Shown in pieces: positions 1-15,354 of a DNA stretch of 64,000 bases. Location of the stretch: NCBI RefSeq assembly GCF_009914755.1, contig NC_060939.1. The stretch is one strand, 5' to 3'. The notes below the pieces were generated by a model, which worked only from the letters and a program-made list of their open reading frames with translations, was not told the origin of the DNA and searched no databases. The position numbers were made by a program, and so were the translations under genes. The stretch's first letter is position 1. Every line of letters starts with the position of its first letter. The DNA comes from the human T2T-CHM13v2.0 reference genome, Homo sapiens.

Positions 1-440
<440 letters not shown>

Positions 441-1789
441 TGATTTAAAACTGGAAGCCTTATGTGTTTTTGAAATGCTATTTACATGCATCAAATGATT
501 TTGAATGATTGAATCAATCCAAAAGAGTCAAGCTGTTTTTTTGATAGACTAGACTCTTTCTTTGATTTGGTAGTTCATATCCAGTTAGTCAAACAATATT
601 GTGCATTTACTCAGAACTGGAGTATGGGGCAAATATACAATATATGGATAGAGTCTTTAGTCCCTACAGTCAATGAGTTGGGTGCTGTATGAGCTCTTTT
701 TAATTGCCTACTTCTTTTAACTTCTTGCCTTCACCCCACTTCTTTTTATTATACACAATATTGAGAGCAGAAAATGTAGAGAAGAATACCATGAGGGTTT
801 GGGTGGAATCAAGCTAGCCTACTACAGATTCCAAAAGGTAGTGTCAGTGATGCAGGCTGGTAAAGGAGACAAGAACCATTGCCTGGCTTATCTGGTGGAG
901 ATAGAGGCCTACCAGCATTATCAAGGATTGGTCACATTGTTAGGAAAGGATTGGAGGGCGTTGAACTGGTCAAAAGAGCAGGCAACACCCTGTCTTGACC
1001 GTGAGTACAAACCGAGATATTTTGTCTCTCCTTCTTTGGTATATTGCAAAGATTTTTGGGTTCCTCTTCACCTAAAAGTGCCAGCAAAACCCCAAGTTTC
1101 TATTTAAGTTCTGGGCTTTCTTCAGAGATCCCCACCATATCCTGGTGAAAATAGACTGTTATGGGGTGCATAGTCATGCTGATCCATTTCTGTAGTTCTT
1201 GATGGTTTCTTCTGTCAGGAGAACAACCTATCCATACCTGATTTTTACAGTGATACCAGATGAGTATATTTTCCAGATCCATTGGTCCCATATTTTTGGA
1301 CCTTGGGCCAGATTCTGAGATCCAAATTCTCCTTAAACTTTAGAAGTTTCACCAGGAACTTTTTGAAAGGGTGAATTTTTTTTTAACCTTTAAGAAAGTT
1401 GGACAATGACTGCTTCAGTTGTCCTTGATCTTCTTTGTATCAACTGTTGCTAAGGAAATATATCTCACATTGATATATTTGTTTAAAATGTGGACATAAA
1501 ACTAATGGTACTAAACATCTGTGTATATCCTTTTCCTTGGCTCTTGTCTTAACTGATCTTATAGACAGTAACCAGGGTCTTTCATTATGTTATTAATATA
1601 AAATTTGAACCTCAATGCAACACAGAGGCAGTTCTTTTTAGAGCTTAAGTGTCTTCTGGAGCTGATTTATGGTTTCTTTGGAGGTGTTGGTGGTAACTAT
1701 CCTCACCTGCACAGTGGAATCTGGATGGTTTACTTATTGTTCATGGTAGAGTTGCTCCTATTGGTTTATTTGGTCATGGAAAGTGGATC

Positions 1790-2142
1790 TGAAAAGTTGA
1801 ACACATAGCAGCAGAGGGTAGAATGGTACTTACCAGGGCTGCGGAGGTGGGTCAGGAGATGTTGGTTAAAAGATACAAAATTTCAGTTAGATAGGATGTA
1901 TAAGTTCAAGAGATCTACTGTACAACATGAACACTACAGTTAATAACAATGTATTATATACTTGAAAATTGATAACAGAGTAGATTTTAAGTGTTCTCAA
2001 GACAAATAAATGGTAAGTATAGTGAAGTAATGCATATTTAATTGACTTAAGTTAGTCACCCACAATGTATACATATTTCAAAAACATCATGTTATACATC
2101 ATAAATATATACAATTTTAATTTGTCAATTAAAATAAATAAA
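1790..2142 (+). mobile_element. L1MA-type LINE-1 3' end
   Basis: Typical L1MA 3'UTR (gatacaaaatttcagttagatagg...agtagattttaagtgttctca...) ending in aaaataaataaa. Confidence 0.85.
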
Positions 2143-2337
2143 GAAGAAACAAATGAGATTTTTGTCTGGGGAACTAATTTGTAGGAAAAATAAAACAAAA
2201 GAAAGTACACTTGTTGTTTCTCTTTAGATCTCCATTTTACCATTCTCCAGGCACTATTTTGTGCTATTTCAGTTACATCTTGCAAGTTACAGTGCAGAAC
2301 TTTGATGTCTTGCTTGATAGAAGATTCATTGCCTTTT

Positions 2338-2730
2338 TTGGCAAAGACTGCTAGCTGCTTACCAAATCGATGTGTTTTTCTTCTTTCAGTCACATAAGCA
2401 GAATACATTTTGTATCTTCCTTTGCAGTTAGGTGAAACCATTTGTCTGGGTTCTAGTAAGTGAAAAGTTAGTTGAAATAATCTGTGCCATTTTTGGGCCA
2501 AGGCTTTTGAGAAGCAGGCATGTATTCTTCATGCCCTCCTTCCCCTTTCTGCTGGCTAAATGCAAATAACCAGAAAGATTTAGAAGATTGTGGAGCCGCA
2601 AAGTGGAAGGCACCATTTTTCCTGAATTATCACGTGGTAGGGAGCCATGAGCTAAGAAGAAATAGACCTGCCTTAAACTGTCTGGTTATTAAGAAATAAT
2701 CTACTATTTTATATGAGCCATTTGTCTTTT
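2338..2730 (+). mobile_element. Old MaLR solo LTR (MLT1H/I/J-like)
   Basis: gactgctagctgcttacc...cctttgcagttaggtg...tgccatttttgggccaaggc resembles MLT1 LTR consensus. Confidence 0.65.
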
Positions 2731-2837
2731 ATTTGTTTTTCTCCCCCTACCTTCACGTATATCCTTGAGTCTTTGCTGCTTGGTTGATCATGCTCTTGTG
2801 CTTCTTCCAGCCAGAGTTTTTAGAGATGCTGCTCTAA

Positions 2838-3592
<755 letters not shown>

Positions 3593-4024
3593 TAAAAAAG
3601 AGCAACAAAATTTAAAACTCAAAAGTGGTCTTGTGGTAGTTCTTAAAAGAAGAAATTCTTAAAAGATCCAAGAAATTGATCAAAAGAAAACAACCTGAGC
3701 ACTACCACGGACATTGCAGTTTCATACTTAGAGGACTGCATTGGGCAATTGTCACTCCTCATCCCCCAAATCAGGAAATTCCACAGTTCACTTGCCTTTG
3801 CTCCACAAAAGTAATCAAATAATTTTGGGAAATGCTAAATTATACATTCCCAGGTATATAAACCAGGTACTTTGGCTAGGTTCCGAGACAGACATCTTGA
3901 ACCTAAAATATGCTTAACTTTAGTTAGCCCATTCCCATACTAATGTGAACAAAAGCTAAGTGTATTACAACTATTCAAGTACTTAAATTCCAGCATATCT
4001 CATAATAATATTGCCATTACTACT

Positions 4025-4380
4025 TGTTGTAATTCATTTGTGCTGCTATAATAGAATATCTGAGACTGGGTAATTTATAAGAAGGAAATCTATTTTCTTA
4101 CAATTCTGGAGGCTGGGAAGTCCAAGATAAAAGTGCTGGCAGGTTCAGTTGCCTAGTGAGGGTTGCATCCTCCAGAGGGTAGGAATCCTGTGTCCTCACA
4201 TAGCAGAAGGTGGAAGGACAAGCTAGCCAAACGCTGCATGGAGCCTGTTTTATAAGAGCCTTAATCCCATTAATGAAGGAGGAGCCCTTATGGCCTAATT
4301 ACCTCCTAAAGGTCCTGCCTCTTAATACCATCACATTGGCAACACTTGACTTTTGGAGGGGACATATTTAAACTACAGCA
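4025..4380 (-). mobile_element. MaLR solo LTR (MSTD/MLT1A-like)
   Basis: tg...ca termini; gactgggtaatttataa...ctggaggctgggaagtccaagat; near-TSD ctact/ctatt. Confidence 0.85.
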
Positions 4381-5479
4381 CTATTTATTTTTTGGTTTGC
4401 ACTTGCCTCATGTCTCTTTTCAATTTTTCTTTTTAAATTTAAGTATATTTCTTATTAACTACGTAGAACCGATTTTGTTTTGTAGATCCAATTTGGTAGT
4501 TTTTATCTTTTAGTTGGTGATTTTGTCTATTTAGTGTAATGACCAATTTGATTTATTTTATGCCTTTCATTTTGCTTTATGTATTAATTTAACTTGTTTT
4601 CCCCCTCATTTTCTTCTATCTTATTTTCATCGATTCAGTTAAGTTGTTATTTATTCTCTTTGCTCATCATGGTTAATTTTGAAATTCTTCTGATTTTCCG
4701 TGTAATTTATGGTCACCTTCCCAGCTCTCATGTTCAGGCACATATTCTTCTACTGTTGTTTGAAAACAAGATACCATTTCATTCAGCAAGATACCGTATT
4801 TTCCTTTAATTTCTCACCTCTCCAAATAGTGAAACTGTTGGGATAATTTTACTTCTGTCATCCTCCCCACAGCCCCACACCTGCAGCCCCAATCAAGTTT
4901 TAGAACATTTATGTCTTCTTCTTACTTCTTACTTAACCCAATTTCTAAGTTTCAATTAGATACTTTAGTGGGTTTTTTGGTTCTGGACTGTATTTTTTTG
5001 TTCTGTTTTCAGTTTTAAATGACATAAAAACATTCATATAACATATTTCTGTTATCTTTCAGTGTCTATGTCTATCTATCTATCATTTGACATGTATGTC
5101 ATGCTCCCTTCTCCTCTTCATCGTTCATCATTATGAAGTCTGATTTTTGGCTCATTTATATTCGGTTAGTCCTTATTTATTTATTTATTTTTGACACAGA
5201 GTGACTCTGTGATTCCTCTCTGGTTTTTTTTTAGTCTAAAATGATTTTCCTTCCTGATATATGACTATTTTTTTCCATCAGTAATCTCTTTTTGACTTCT
5301 AGCATTTTGTAACTTCAGACGTTGCAAATGAGAAGTCTGATTTTTGTTTGTGTGATTAAGTGTTGTTTATTTGTAATCTCTTTTCTGTCTCAAAATGTGA
5401 TTTCTGTATTTATATGTCAGTTTCAGTATTTTTAATGAACATTTCAAAACTTTTCAATTTAAAAAGGCAACAAAATGGT

Positions 5480-6965
5480 AAGATACCTAGCAGTAAATAA
5501 AACAATAAATATGTAAGATTGATATAAAGGAAACGACATGTTACTAAGTGGAAATGCTAAGATGCTATAACTAGAAAGGAATTTTTCAATATTACATAGA
5601 CTCAGTACTGCAGGTATCAATTGTTACTAAAATAATCGATACATTTAATGGCATCCAAATGGTTTCTTGGCAACTAGACAAGCTGATGTAAAAGACATTT
5701 TTGAAGAATAAATATACATAAATAAGTCAGGGAAATTCAAAAGTAGAAAAGTCATCAGGAGATTTGTGCTTTCCTAGATATTGAAACTTATAATGCTACA
5801 ATAACTAAAACTCTTAGGCATTGAAATGAGCATACACACAGAGAAATGAAACAGAACCAATGTTCAGGAATGGATAGAAATAAAACAGATATTTAATAAA
5901 TGTGAAATTCCATATCCATGAGGAAAATGTGGGTTATTCAATAAGAGGTATTGGGACAATGAAATTAAACATCTTTAAAAATTATCCATGCTCTACTTAC
6001 CTCCTTTCTTTCAACAAAATATATTTTAGATAGATCAAACATTTAAATGAAAAAGTTGAAGGCATTAAGTTACTAGAAGAAAATAGAGTCTTAAAAAATC
6101 TCAGAGTGGGGAATGGCTTTTTAAATGTGAGATAACTTAGAAATCTAAAAAACTTGAAAAATTTGCCATAAAGTGTACATGAGAAAAGCATCATAAACAT
6201 ACACAAAAAATAAATAAACTCTGAAAAAATAATTGGTAAACATATATTATAGAACAAAGGCTAATGTCCTTAATATGTAAGAAATTTATCAAATTAATCC
6301 AATAGTACAAAGTGAATGGAATATGAACAAATGGCTTACGGAAAAGATAATCCAAATAGTGCTTAAAAGATTTTTAAAAAGCTTAATCTTATTCATAATG
6401 ATAGAAATACTCTTAAACTTATAATAAGATACCATATATAAAGTTTTATACATCCCAGTGTTGATGAGAATGTGAGGAAATAGCCACTCTCACATATTGT
6501 TTTTGTGTGAGTCTAAATTACTGTAATTTCTATGGTAGGCATTTGGCAATTTGTTATAAATTTTAAATACACATATCTTTTGCTCTGCAATTCTACTTCT
6601 AGAAATATCTTCTACAAATATATTCATACAAATGTGACCACATGTGCAATATCCACTGTACTCTGTGTTATAATAACAACATATTGGAATCAATCTAAAT
6701 ATCCGTTAATAGAGAAGTAGTTAAATAAATGATAGTACATTAATACAAAGGAACATTATGTATCCATGAAATAATACCTTTTGATATGAAATGATCATAC
6801 AAATAGATTACTAGGTGAAAATGGGAGACACAGAACAGAATGTATAGTATTACATATGCATGTGTCTTATATTTGCCTGTATATTGCATAAAATCTCCTT
6901 GGAATAATACTTAAAGTCATAAAAGTTGTTGCCTCCAGCCAATTACGTGGCTGAGGAATGGTGGT
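5480..6965 (+). mobile_element. Ancient L1ME-type fragment (ORF2 end and 3'UTR), resuming at about 7365-7440
   Basis: Degenerate L1 motifs (actagacaagctgat, tattcaataagaggtattgggacaa, gcaattctacttctagaaat, caatctaaatatcc). Confidence 0.7.
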
Positions 6966-6972
6966 GAAATGA

Positions 6973-7360
6973 TGTATTAGTTTTCCAGGGCTGCCACAAC
7001 AAAGTACAACAGATATGGCTTAAACAACATATATTTATTTTCTCACAAGTTCTGGATGCTGGAAGTCCAAGATCAAGTTGTCAACAAGGTTTGGTTTCTT
7101 CTGAGGTCTCTCCTTGGCTTATAGATGGCCACCTTCTCGCTGGGTCTTCACATGGTCATTCCTCTGTGCACAGGTGTTTCTAGTATCTCTTTTGTAGGTT
7201 CAAATTTCCTCTTTTTATAAGAACACCAGTAAGATTGGATTAGGATCCACCCTAAAGCCCTCATTTCAATTTACTACCTCCAAATAGTCATGTTCTGAGG
7301 TACTGGGGGTTTGGCCTTCAACATATAAATTTTGGAAGGGACAAAATCCAGCCTGTAACA
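6973..7360 (-). mobile_element. MLT1B/C-like MaLR solo LTR
   Basis: tgtattagtttt...gggctgccacaacaaagtac...cagcctgtaaca. Confidence 0.88.
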
Positions 7361-7450
7361 AAGAATGACTTAATTTTCACTCTATTCTCATTTGTCCTTT
7401 TTGAATTTTGTATTATACAATGTTTACTTTGTAAAAAATAAATAACTTTA

Positions 7451-7757
7451 TTTTGTTATTTTGTTATTTTTTATTTTTCTGAGACAGAGTTTCGCTCTTG
7501 TTGCCTAGGCTGGAGTGCAATGACATGATCTCGGCTGCCACAACCTCCACCTCCCAGGTTCAAGCGATTCTCCTGCCTCAGCCTCCCAAATAGCTGGGAT
7601 TACACGCCCGGCTAATTTTTTTTTTTTTGTATTTTTATCACAGACAGGGTTTCTCCATGTTGGTCAGGCTGGTCTCAAACTCACGACCTCAGATGATCCG
7701 CCCGCCTCAGCCTCCCAAAGTGCTGGGATTACAGGCGTGAGCCACCGCATCCGGCCG
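7451..7757 (-). mobile_element. AluSp/Sq-like SINE with small internal deletions
   Basis: gagtttcgctcttgttgcc and gggtttctccatgttggtcagg; TSD taaataacttta at 7439-7450 and 7758-7769. Confidence 0.93.
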
Positions 7758-9714
7758 TAAATAACTTTAAAAACAATCCTGTAATAAAAAAATCAGGCTG
7801 AAAATTTGTGCTGTGCACAGGTATCTCTAGTATCCCTTTTGTAGGTCCAAATTTGACTTCCTCATGGCCCAGTAGAAAAGGGATCGATACAATTTGGTGT
7901 GACAGTTAATTTGAATATGAAAATAAACTTGAATACAGGTGAGTATCACTTTAGGCAAATATATGCTTGAATTTATAAAAATATTTATTTTATTAAAGTA
8001 TTTCCTACATGGATCCTTTAAACAGCTTTCAATATGATTCACTTTATAGGCATTTTCAGTATTTCACTGTGTAAGGAGAATTACACCCGAACATCTTTAT
8101 TAATTTAGCGGTCTAATACTGCCAAAGTAATAGAACAAGATTTTCATGTAGAACAATTTTCATTCTTTGAAATTCTATTCTTCTTTGAGTTTCATAGGTT
8201 ATACATCTGTTTAACAGTGAATTCACACTTACATATGAACAGAATTTAAAATGGAATGAGCAGAAATACTCTTAATGCAGTAGCCATAAAAAAGGCAGTT
8301 GTATTATTACTCACAGATATTGCATAGTTACCATGATAATCTAAGGACTATATGCTTCCTCTGAGGTTTTAAAAAACAGGATGAACAGCTATCTTTCTGG
8401 GTTAAGTATAGTCTTATCTCTAGACAGGAGGATGTGCAGGTAGTTCTCAAGATCATATTCAGCCTTGTGATTACTGTAGCAACAGTTATAAAAAGAACAC
8501 AGAAGCTATGCCTTTTATAAGCCTTGATATATAATTTGGAATTTTGATAAAGATGGATATCAAACATGTTTCATCTACTTAAATGATTTACTTTTAAAGG
8601 TCAATATAGGACTACACTAAGTGTTAATGAAAATAGTGTATAATCAGAATATGATCCATTAACTGCTGAGTTTCCACAATAGTTCTTTAAAATCTAGAAT
8701 ATTCATTACTATGTGAAAAAATTAGAGAGATGTCTGTGTTACCTAGTGTGGGTGTTATGAACTAATCAGCACTTTTCACTAAAAAAAATGTGGTTAGCGA
8801 TGGGGTAACTTGTTCTGAAGGAGACTGTGGCTTTTGAGTGATGACAGTCTTACAGAGATCCTTCACCAGCACATAAATACATGACCCTCTCCTCTAACTC
8901 CATTGCCTCCTCATACTCACAAGTACATTTGTGTATACCATAGTGCAAAGCTAGATTAAGTATTGTGACAGTGACATAAATTTGCACTTAACTCGATTAG
9001 CTAGAAAAGGCTGCAAGAATTTTAGACTTAAGAAGGAAATATTAAGTACAAGGAAGATCACAAATAATGATGCTTTTAGTATATGTTTATTTTAACATGG
9101 AATGTCTAGTGACAGATTCTTTTGGGGAGACTAAATATCCTTCTCCAAAGCCTGAGCAATCTTATTAAATATCAAGAACCCAACTGAAATGACAAATTTC
9201 AAGTTTCATTAAATGACACCACCACCAGCACATTATTGTAGCTATTTTACAATATGTAGCTGTTTTACTACATATTCTAACCATGCATTGACTATGTCTA
9301 TTTTGGAATAAAGTCTGTCATATTAGATATAGGTCACATTTCTGGCATTCTACAAGTGAAAATAATTTATAAGGTCCAACACTTCAAAGTGGTGTGCCTG
9401 ATCATTGGTGCAACACAGATGAGGTCCAAACTAACATGTCCAGGTACAACAAATACTTACATTGCTATACGGTAATTTCTGATGTGTGTCCACCACCCCA
9501 AGTAATAGGGAAGCTATATTTCTGAGTTAATATGCCATAAATTAGGTGGTAATCATTTGTTCCTTAAAAAGTAATATTTTTCCATCTGCTGACAAACAGC
9601 TTATGAATACAAACAACAGATTTCCCAAATGCCTGTTTAAAAATTTCAGTACAGTATTTGTTGTGTCATTTTACCTCACCTATAAAGATTGTTCTCTGAA
9701 GTTTCCTGTTGCAG

Positions 9715-9734
9715 CAAGAAAGGCAAAACTGGAG
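9715..9734 (+). other. Candidate small exon of an unidentified host gene (alternative starts at 9688 or 9702)
   Basis: tttcctgttgcag|CAAGAAAGGCAAAACTGGAG|gtaccg; purine-rich body, unique-sequence context, retained CpGs just downstream; motif evidence only. Confidence 0.35.
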
Positions 9735-9754
9735 GTACCGTCCTATCAGCGCGC

Positions 9755-9832
9755 GTGTGTGTGTATGTGTGTGTATATGCTAGAGAGAGAGCGAGAGAGA
9801 GAGGGAGACAGAGAGGACAAGAGACAGAGAGA
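9755..9832. repeat. Compound (TG)n + (GA)n microsatellite
   Basis: Directly visible. Confidence 0.9.
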
Positions 9833-10399
9833 ACTAGTTTTCTTCTTTTTTGTGTCCATTTATCTTTAATTCTTTTCCCTGGCTTGCTTCTTAACTCCCT
9901 GGAAGCCGTGACTTCCCTTCACTTGCCTTCCTGTCTCTTGCGTCCAGCTTAGGCATTCAGCTTTCAGCCATGTACACAACCTTTGCTGGTTATTGGTCTT
10001 ATATTGGGGCTTGTCTATATCCCCTTCTCTCCTACCAACATGTGAGTTGGACCTCCTTGATTGCCTGAGGACAGTTCTGACTCTAGGCATAGCCATATAT
10101 CCATGGAGTCTACCATAACTCAGTCCTGATCAGCAAAAGGTGACAGTCATTTAATCCTATAAAGACTTTTGAAGGATGAAAAAATGTAAAAGTTTGAAAA
10201 ATCATTAGCATACTCTCTCTGAAAAAGCAAGAAAAACATAGTCTTCCCAGGAGCCCCCATGACTGTGGGTATGGTTGGGAGAACACTGAAGGTTTGCTTT
10301 CTTGCAAGCCTTGTGGTTGATGTGATCTTCAGCACACTTTTCTCATGACAACTGGCCTAATATTGCAAATATAAAGGAGGTGGGCAAGCATATAGTTGG

Positions 10400-10628
10400 T
10401 GCAAACCTACTGATAATATATTTCTATTCTCTGGCCCTGTGCTCTTTACAGGCATCATCTTATCTCACCCATATAACCATCCTGGGACGTACATTTCAGG
10501 TTATTCTTGCTAATAAGGAAACAGGCTCATAGAGTTTGTGTGACATATCTAAAGTCATAGTTATTAAGTGACAGCTCATGAGTTCCAACCCAGGTCTGGG
10601 TTTGTATCCACATATCTTTTCCATTACA
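10400..10628 (-). mobile_element. MIR SINE
   Basis: aggaaacaggctcatagagtttgtgtgacatatctaaagtcatag...caacccaggtctg is the antisense MIR core. Confidence 0.7.
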
Positions 10629-13383
10629 TTAAAGCTGGTTCTCAGGATGCACAACAAAAGCTTAAACAAAACAAACAATAACAACAAAACTAACTTACAG
10701 ATACTGAAAAGTGCCTAAGATATGAACAATTTAGTACTTTTTGAGGAAGACTATTCCAAAGATGCACCTGTCAAAAAGACTGTTTGATATTACACTTATT
10801 TCACTGTCTGTGAAAGCATGTTTTAGGTTTTCCTGTATTTCAAGATAACAGGCTGCTATTCAAATAATTCTTTCTTCTTGTGTCAAGTTCCGGGCAAGAA
10901 GCTACACTCAGCTGCTGCTGCATTCGTCAAAGGACTAGTGGTTACAACAACAGCGGGACTTTTTATTTTTTTGAAACTGGTCTCACCGCTTCTATCCAGT
11001 GAGGTAAAATTGGCTCACTCTTAAGGTATCAATATTCCACTGAATACTCTCAGAGCTCAGCATGCAAAGAAACACTTTGGAGTTGAATTGTCTGAGTCTG
11101 GCCTACATAAGTCTCAATGAAGTTGACTTTCTCAGTCATAACAAGAGTTTAAGAAAAATAATCCTTTGAGCTGGGCTAATTTGGTACTTTTATTCCTGAG
11201 ATATTTTTATTAAGGAAGATAGTAAACTTGGACTTTTTCTCTACCCCTTATACCATCAGCTGTGTTTGAAGTAGATTTTAATGTTTTTACTGAGGGTCTA
11301 CCTTCAGAGAGCAGCTTTCATCACCAGGCTGGAGTTCTCATTCAGCAGTTTTGGAGCAGTCAGGGGCGAGGCCTTCCTGCTCCCACAGTCCCATTAATAA
11401 ACAGAGATCTTGCTCTGCAGCCACCGGCTACGGCTCCCAGCGCAGCCACCCATCCCAGCACAGCAGTAAATCAGCCCTGCCTGTTTTCCTAATTTTAGGT
11501 TTGGTCTGACTTAATCCATCTAATAGGAAAAACATCTGGTCTAGTTTTACTTTTAATCTGTTCTTTACATCAGGAACTTTATCGCCCTGGGACCAGTAGT
11601 AACAAGAGGTTGGTTCTTGTACCTGGGCATGACTATGCGTGGGCCAATGCCTAATAAGGGCCTGCTTTCCATTTATGCTTTCCAGTCCTTTATCTGCCTT
11701 AATTTACAATAAAGCATTGACATCACAATCAGCTTGGGGTTGTAAATTCCCCAATTAGTGAAAAGTCTATGTTGTGACACATTTTGGGACAAGGGGAGCT
11801 GGGTATATCTGTGGGCAGGTTTAAAGTTATTTTTCACTGTTAAATTTGCAAAGATCTGGGTATTTAACAGCCTTTTTTTTTAATAATAAATATTCTACAG
11901 CATAGTATTTTAGTTCAGTTTTACCTTTATATGGTTGTATGAAAGTGTACAAAGCATTATTTTAAAAGATGTATGGAAATAGCTTAGAGGAAATAATAAA
12001 ATATTGTCATATGGAGTCAGTTTAGTTTTAGTTTGGATTGGGCATGCAAGATAGCATAGACTATTTAATCCTTTAGGAAAGGGCCATAAACTGACTCTAC
12101 TTTAACATTTTTGACTACAGTTGGAAGTAGTTTGGGTTTTAGAAATCCTTTCAATGAAAAGAGGCCAGTCATTTGGTTTCCCAAATAGCATTCTCCACTT
12201 TTTCTCTTGACATTCATCTCCAACTATTTTTCCTCTTCCAGCTCTCCTCCTCCCTGATGCCCTCCCTTCCAGAGCCCTTTCTCTCTCTTGTTTTTGAGAG
12301 AGCTTTTGGTCTAGTCCAAACATATATTTTCTGAGTGAGGTGAGATCAATTGTTGCAAAAGTGTCTCGCTTTCCACTCAGCTTTCTACTTCTCTGAAGTG
12401 GTTAGGAAATCATGGACAACATGAGGTAACAGGAGACCTTATAGGAATTAACTTCAAATAGCCCCAGGCCTAAAAGCTCTTCCCAAATCTACAGTATGTT
12501 AGGGGACTTTAGCTCCCCAAAGTAATGTAGCTGTTTATGCACTCCTGCCTCTGAATTCCTTTTAACTGGGGCCTGAGGAGAAGTGCATAAGCAACATTAC
12601 TTCAGCAAGCAAGAATTAATTATTGAAATCAATTATTGTGTCTTTCCGACGACTGCAATCAGTCCTCAGTGAGTTGACATAAAAAAATACTTGTCTCAAT
12701 GGTTGTCTCTGTGAAAAGAGATTGAAATAAATGAAAAAGAAAAGGGACTGACTTTTGACTTGGTTCCATTTCATCTCTTAGGATTTCTAAGAAATTTTAC
12801 TGGTTGCGAGTTAGAGAAAGAAAATATTTTAACTCTTTAATTCCATGGATGAAAACTCGTTTCCTGCATAGTAAAATAACTTTTCTCATAATGCACAGCT
12901 TTTGGAATTTCTGACATGGGTAACTGTTAAAACTGTTTTAAAGGTGGCTCTAGACTTGCCCTTGTTGGTTCTGTCTGAAGGCTAAACCAGCATCTCTTGA
13001 AAATGCTGCCCATGTTCTTTGCCTCTTATCTTTGCCAGGAATGTCCTCTTCCATTCTCATTTTTTTATGTCGGAAATATTGAAGATTTACTTGGCAGGCA
13101 CTTTCTAATGGGAAAGGTAGAAAGACACACAAATATACTATTAACAGACTTTTCAATCTACAGGAATCATGATCGTAAACATTCAAAGGGAGTATTTCGC
13201 GGGCCTTTCTGGGAACAGTCAATCACCTTATGAGTAAGAACAGTTAAATAGGAACACACTTCTATAATTTCAAGCTGGACCATCAACTTTTTAAAATTGG
13301 AGATGACACGAACTCACCGCCTCTGAGAAATACTGATTTGTAAGAGCTTTTTTAATTGGAGATATTAGAAGACATATTACTTA

Positions 13384-13734
13384 TGTCTTAGTAAATTCAG
13401 GTTGCTATAATAAAATATCATAAACTGGGTGGCTTATATACAACAGAAATTTGTTAACCATAGTCCTGGAGGCTGGGAAGTTCAAGAAGAAGATGTCAGT
13501 AGATTAAATGTTCTGTGATGGCCCATTTCTTATAGATGCACCTTCTTACTGTGCTGTCACAGTAAGGAGTGAGGGTCTCTCTGAGGTTTCACTTACAGGC
13601 CACTCATCCCATTCATAAGGACTTGGCCATGACCTAATCACCTTGCAAAGGCCCAGCCTCCTAATACCATAACATCAAGGGCTATGATTTCAACATATGA
13701 ATTTTGGGAAGACACTAACATTCAGACCACAGCA
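13384..13734 (-). mobile_element. MLT1A0-like MaLR solo LTR
   Basis: tgtcttagt...aaactgggtggctta...ctggaggctgggaagttcaag...ttcaacatatgaattttggg...cagaccacagca. Confidence 0.88.
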
Positions 13735-15354
13735 CGTGATTCTTAGAAAAGAAATAAAGATAGAGCCCAAGAGCAAAATATACACTTATTCCCCTATGAA
13801 AATCTGCCACTGGATGGCAGACAAAATTTGAGACCCCCAACAAGCTTGAGACCCTACAGACACCTGAAACTACAAGATAAAGGGAGTGCTTTTGTGGCAA
13901 GCATTAAGAAAAAAGGGAAAGATTTTTTCCTGAAACTAGAAAACATTCCCCTGGACCAGGAGAAGGAGAAGAGATACAGATTAGTGATGACAGTGGAGAG
14001 GGCAGTAAGCTCTTGAGAAAGGGGCGCTACAGCCTGCACAGTTGGCATGACCCCAGAGAGGGAATGGCTGAAACATGCATCTAGGCAGCCCCATAGAAAT
14101 GCACAGGAAAGGCCTTGCAAGCAGGCTGCTGGTCCAAGGAGCTGGGTGGACAGGAACAAGAGACGAGTCACCCACAAACTGTGACTACCAGCCATGGCTC
14201 TCTTCCTACTCACAAGGTCTTTTCAAAATACCCCGCCCTATGCAGATCTCCTCGAACACTAACTAACCTTGAGGAAGAAGAGGGGAAGCCTCCCCAAATA
14301 GGAAGATTAAATCTTCTGCTAACTAGGCAGAATCAAGGATAAAGCTTGAAAGAGAAATGAAGTTGGCTTATGGAAAAATAAGAAAATGTCTATTTCTTAT
14401 ACCTGGAATTTTTGGACTGTGATTTCTACCTGTTGTAAATTCTATCCTTCATTCATATCCATTCAAATTGTCTCCAAATCTCTGCAGCTCTGGACTGTTC
14501 TATGACTTGTCTCCTTTCTGCTGTCCACAGGGTACCACTTCTTTTGCAGCTTACTATTAGTAGAGATTGTGGCACCTGAAAATTATTGCTATGTAATCTA
14601 GATTCTTAATAGAAATTCCAGGAAGTTCAGTTCTGGGAAGCATATGTGAACCGAAGGGAAATAAATATTCTTTTTTGAGGTCAAGAGGAGTCATGAGTAA
14701 TTTAATATTGGCATCCCCCCTCCTCTCTAGCTCTCTCTGGAGCCAGTGACAATGATTAGGAACAGATCTCTGTCTCTTCCCGTAGAACTTATATGGAAAT
14801 GTCTGACTTCCCATTCTTTTCTCTCTAGCTGTGTAGTTACTGAGTGGACATCTCTTTTCCTGCTTTCTCTTTTATACCTCAGTTATTAGCTCATGTAGTG
14901 AAATGAATAGATTGGACAGATATTTAATAAGTTCTATGGTCTAAGGTACTGCTCAAGTCCTTGCCCTGGAAGTGATAGATATAATAATATAAAATAGTGA
15001 ATAGAGCAGGATAGAGGCTGAGTGAAGGGGGAAGTTGAGTGATCAGTATGGGCTGAGTTTGGAAATAAACTTCAGCAAAGCCACTGCTGGAACTTTGGCC
15101 TTAGCGGGTGGCAAGAGGCCAGATATCAAGGCTAGAACTCACAGCAGGTTAAAATTTCTAGAGCTGGAAATATGAATTCTTATGTATGAAATTATTCCAT
15201 TGATTGCCATGGTTTCATTTTATTATACTAACATTTTTCGAAAACTGCCTACTAAAACAAAAACAAAATAAAATTAATGCTAACATATTCTTTGTTACAA
15301 AAGAGCATGAGAAGTATATCTTTTTCTTGTGTTTGACAGTTCCAGCACTTGCTT

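Noticed and set aside
799-1350. GC-richer segment with a 102-aa ORF; possible decayed retroelement or pseudogene
   Set aside because: No recognisable protein family; the ORF begins at a non-ATG codon; needs Dfam/tBLASTx
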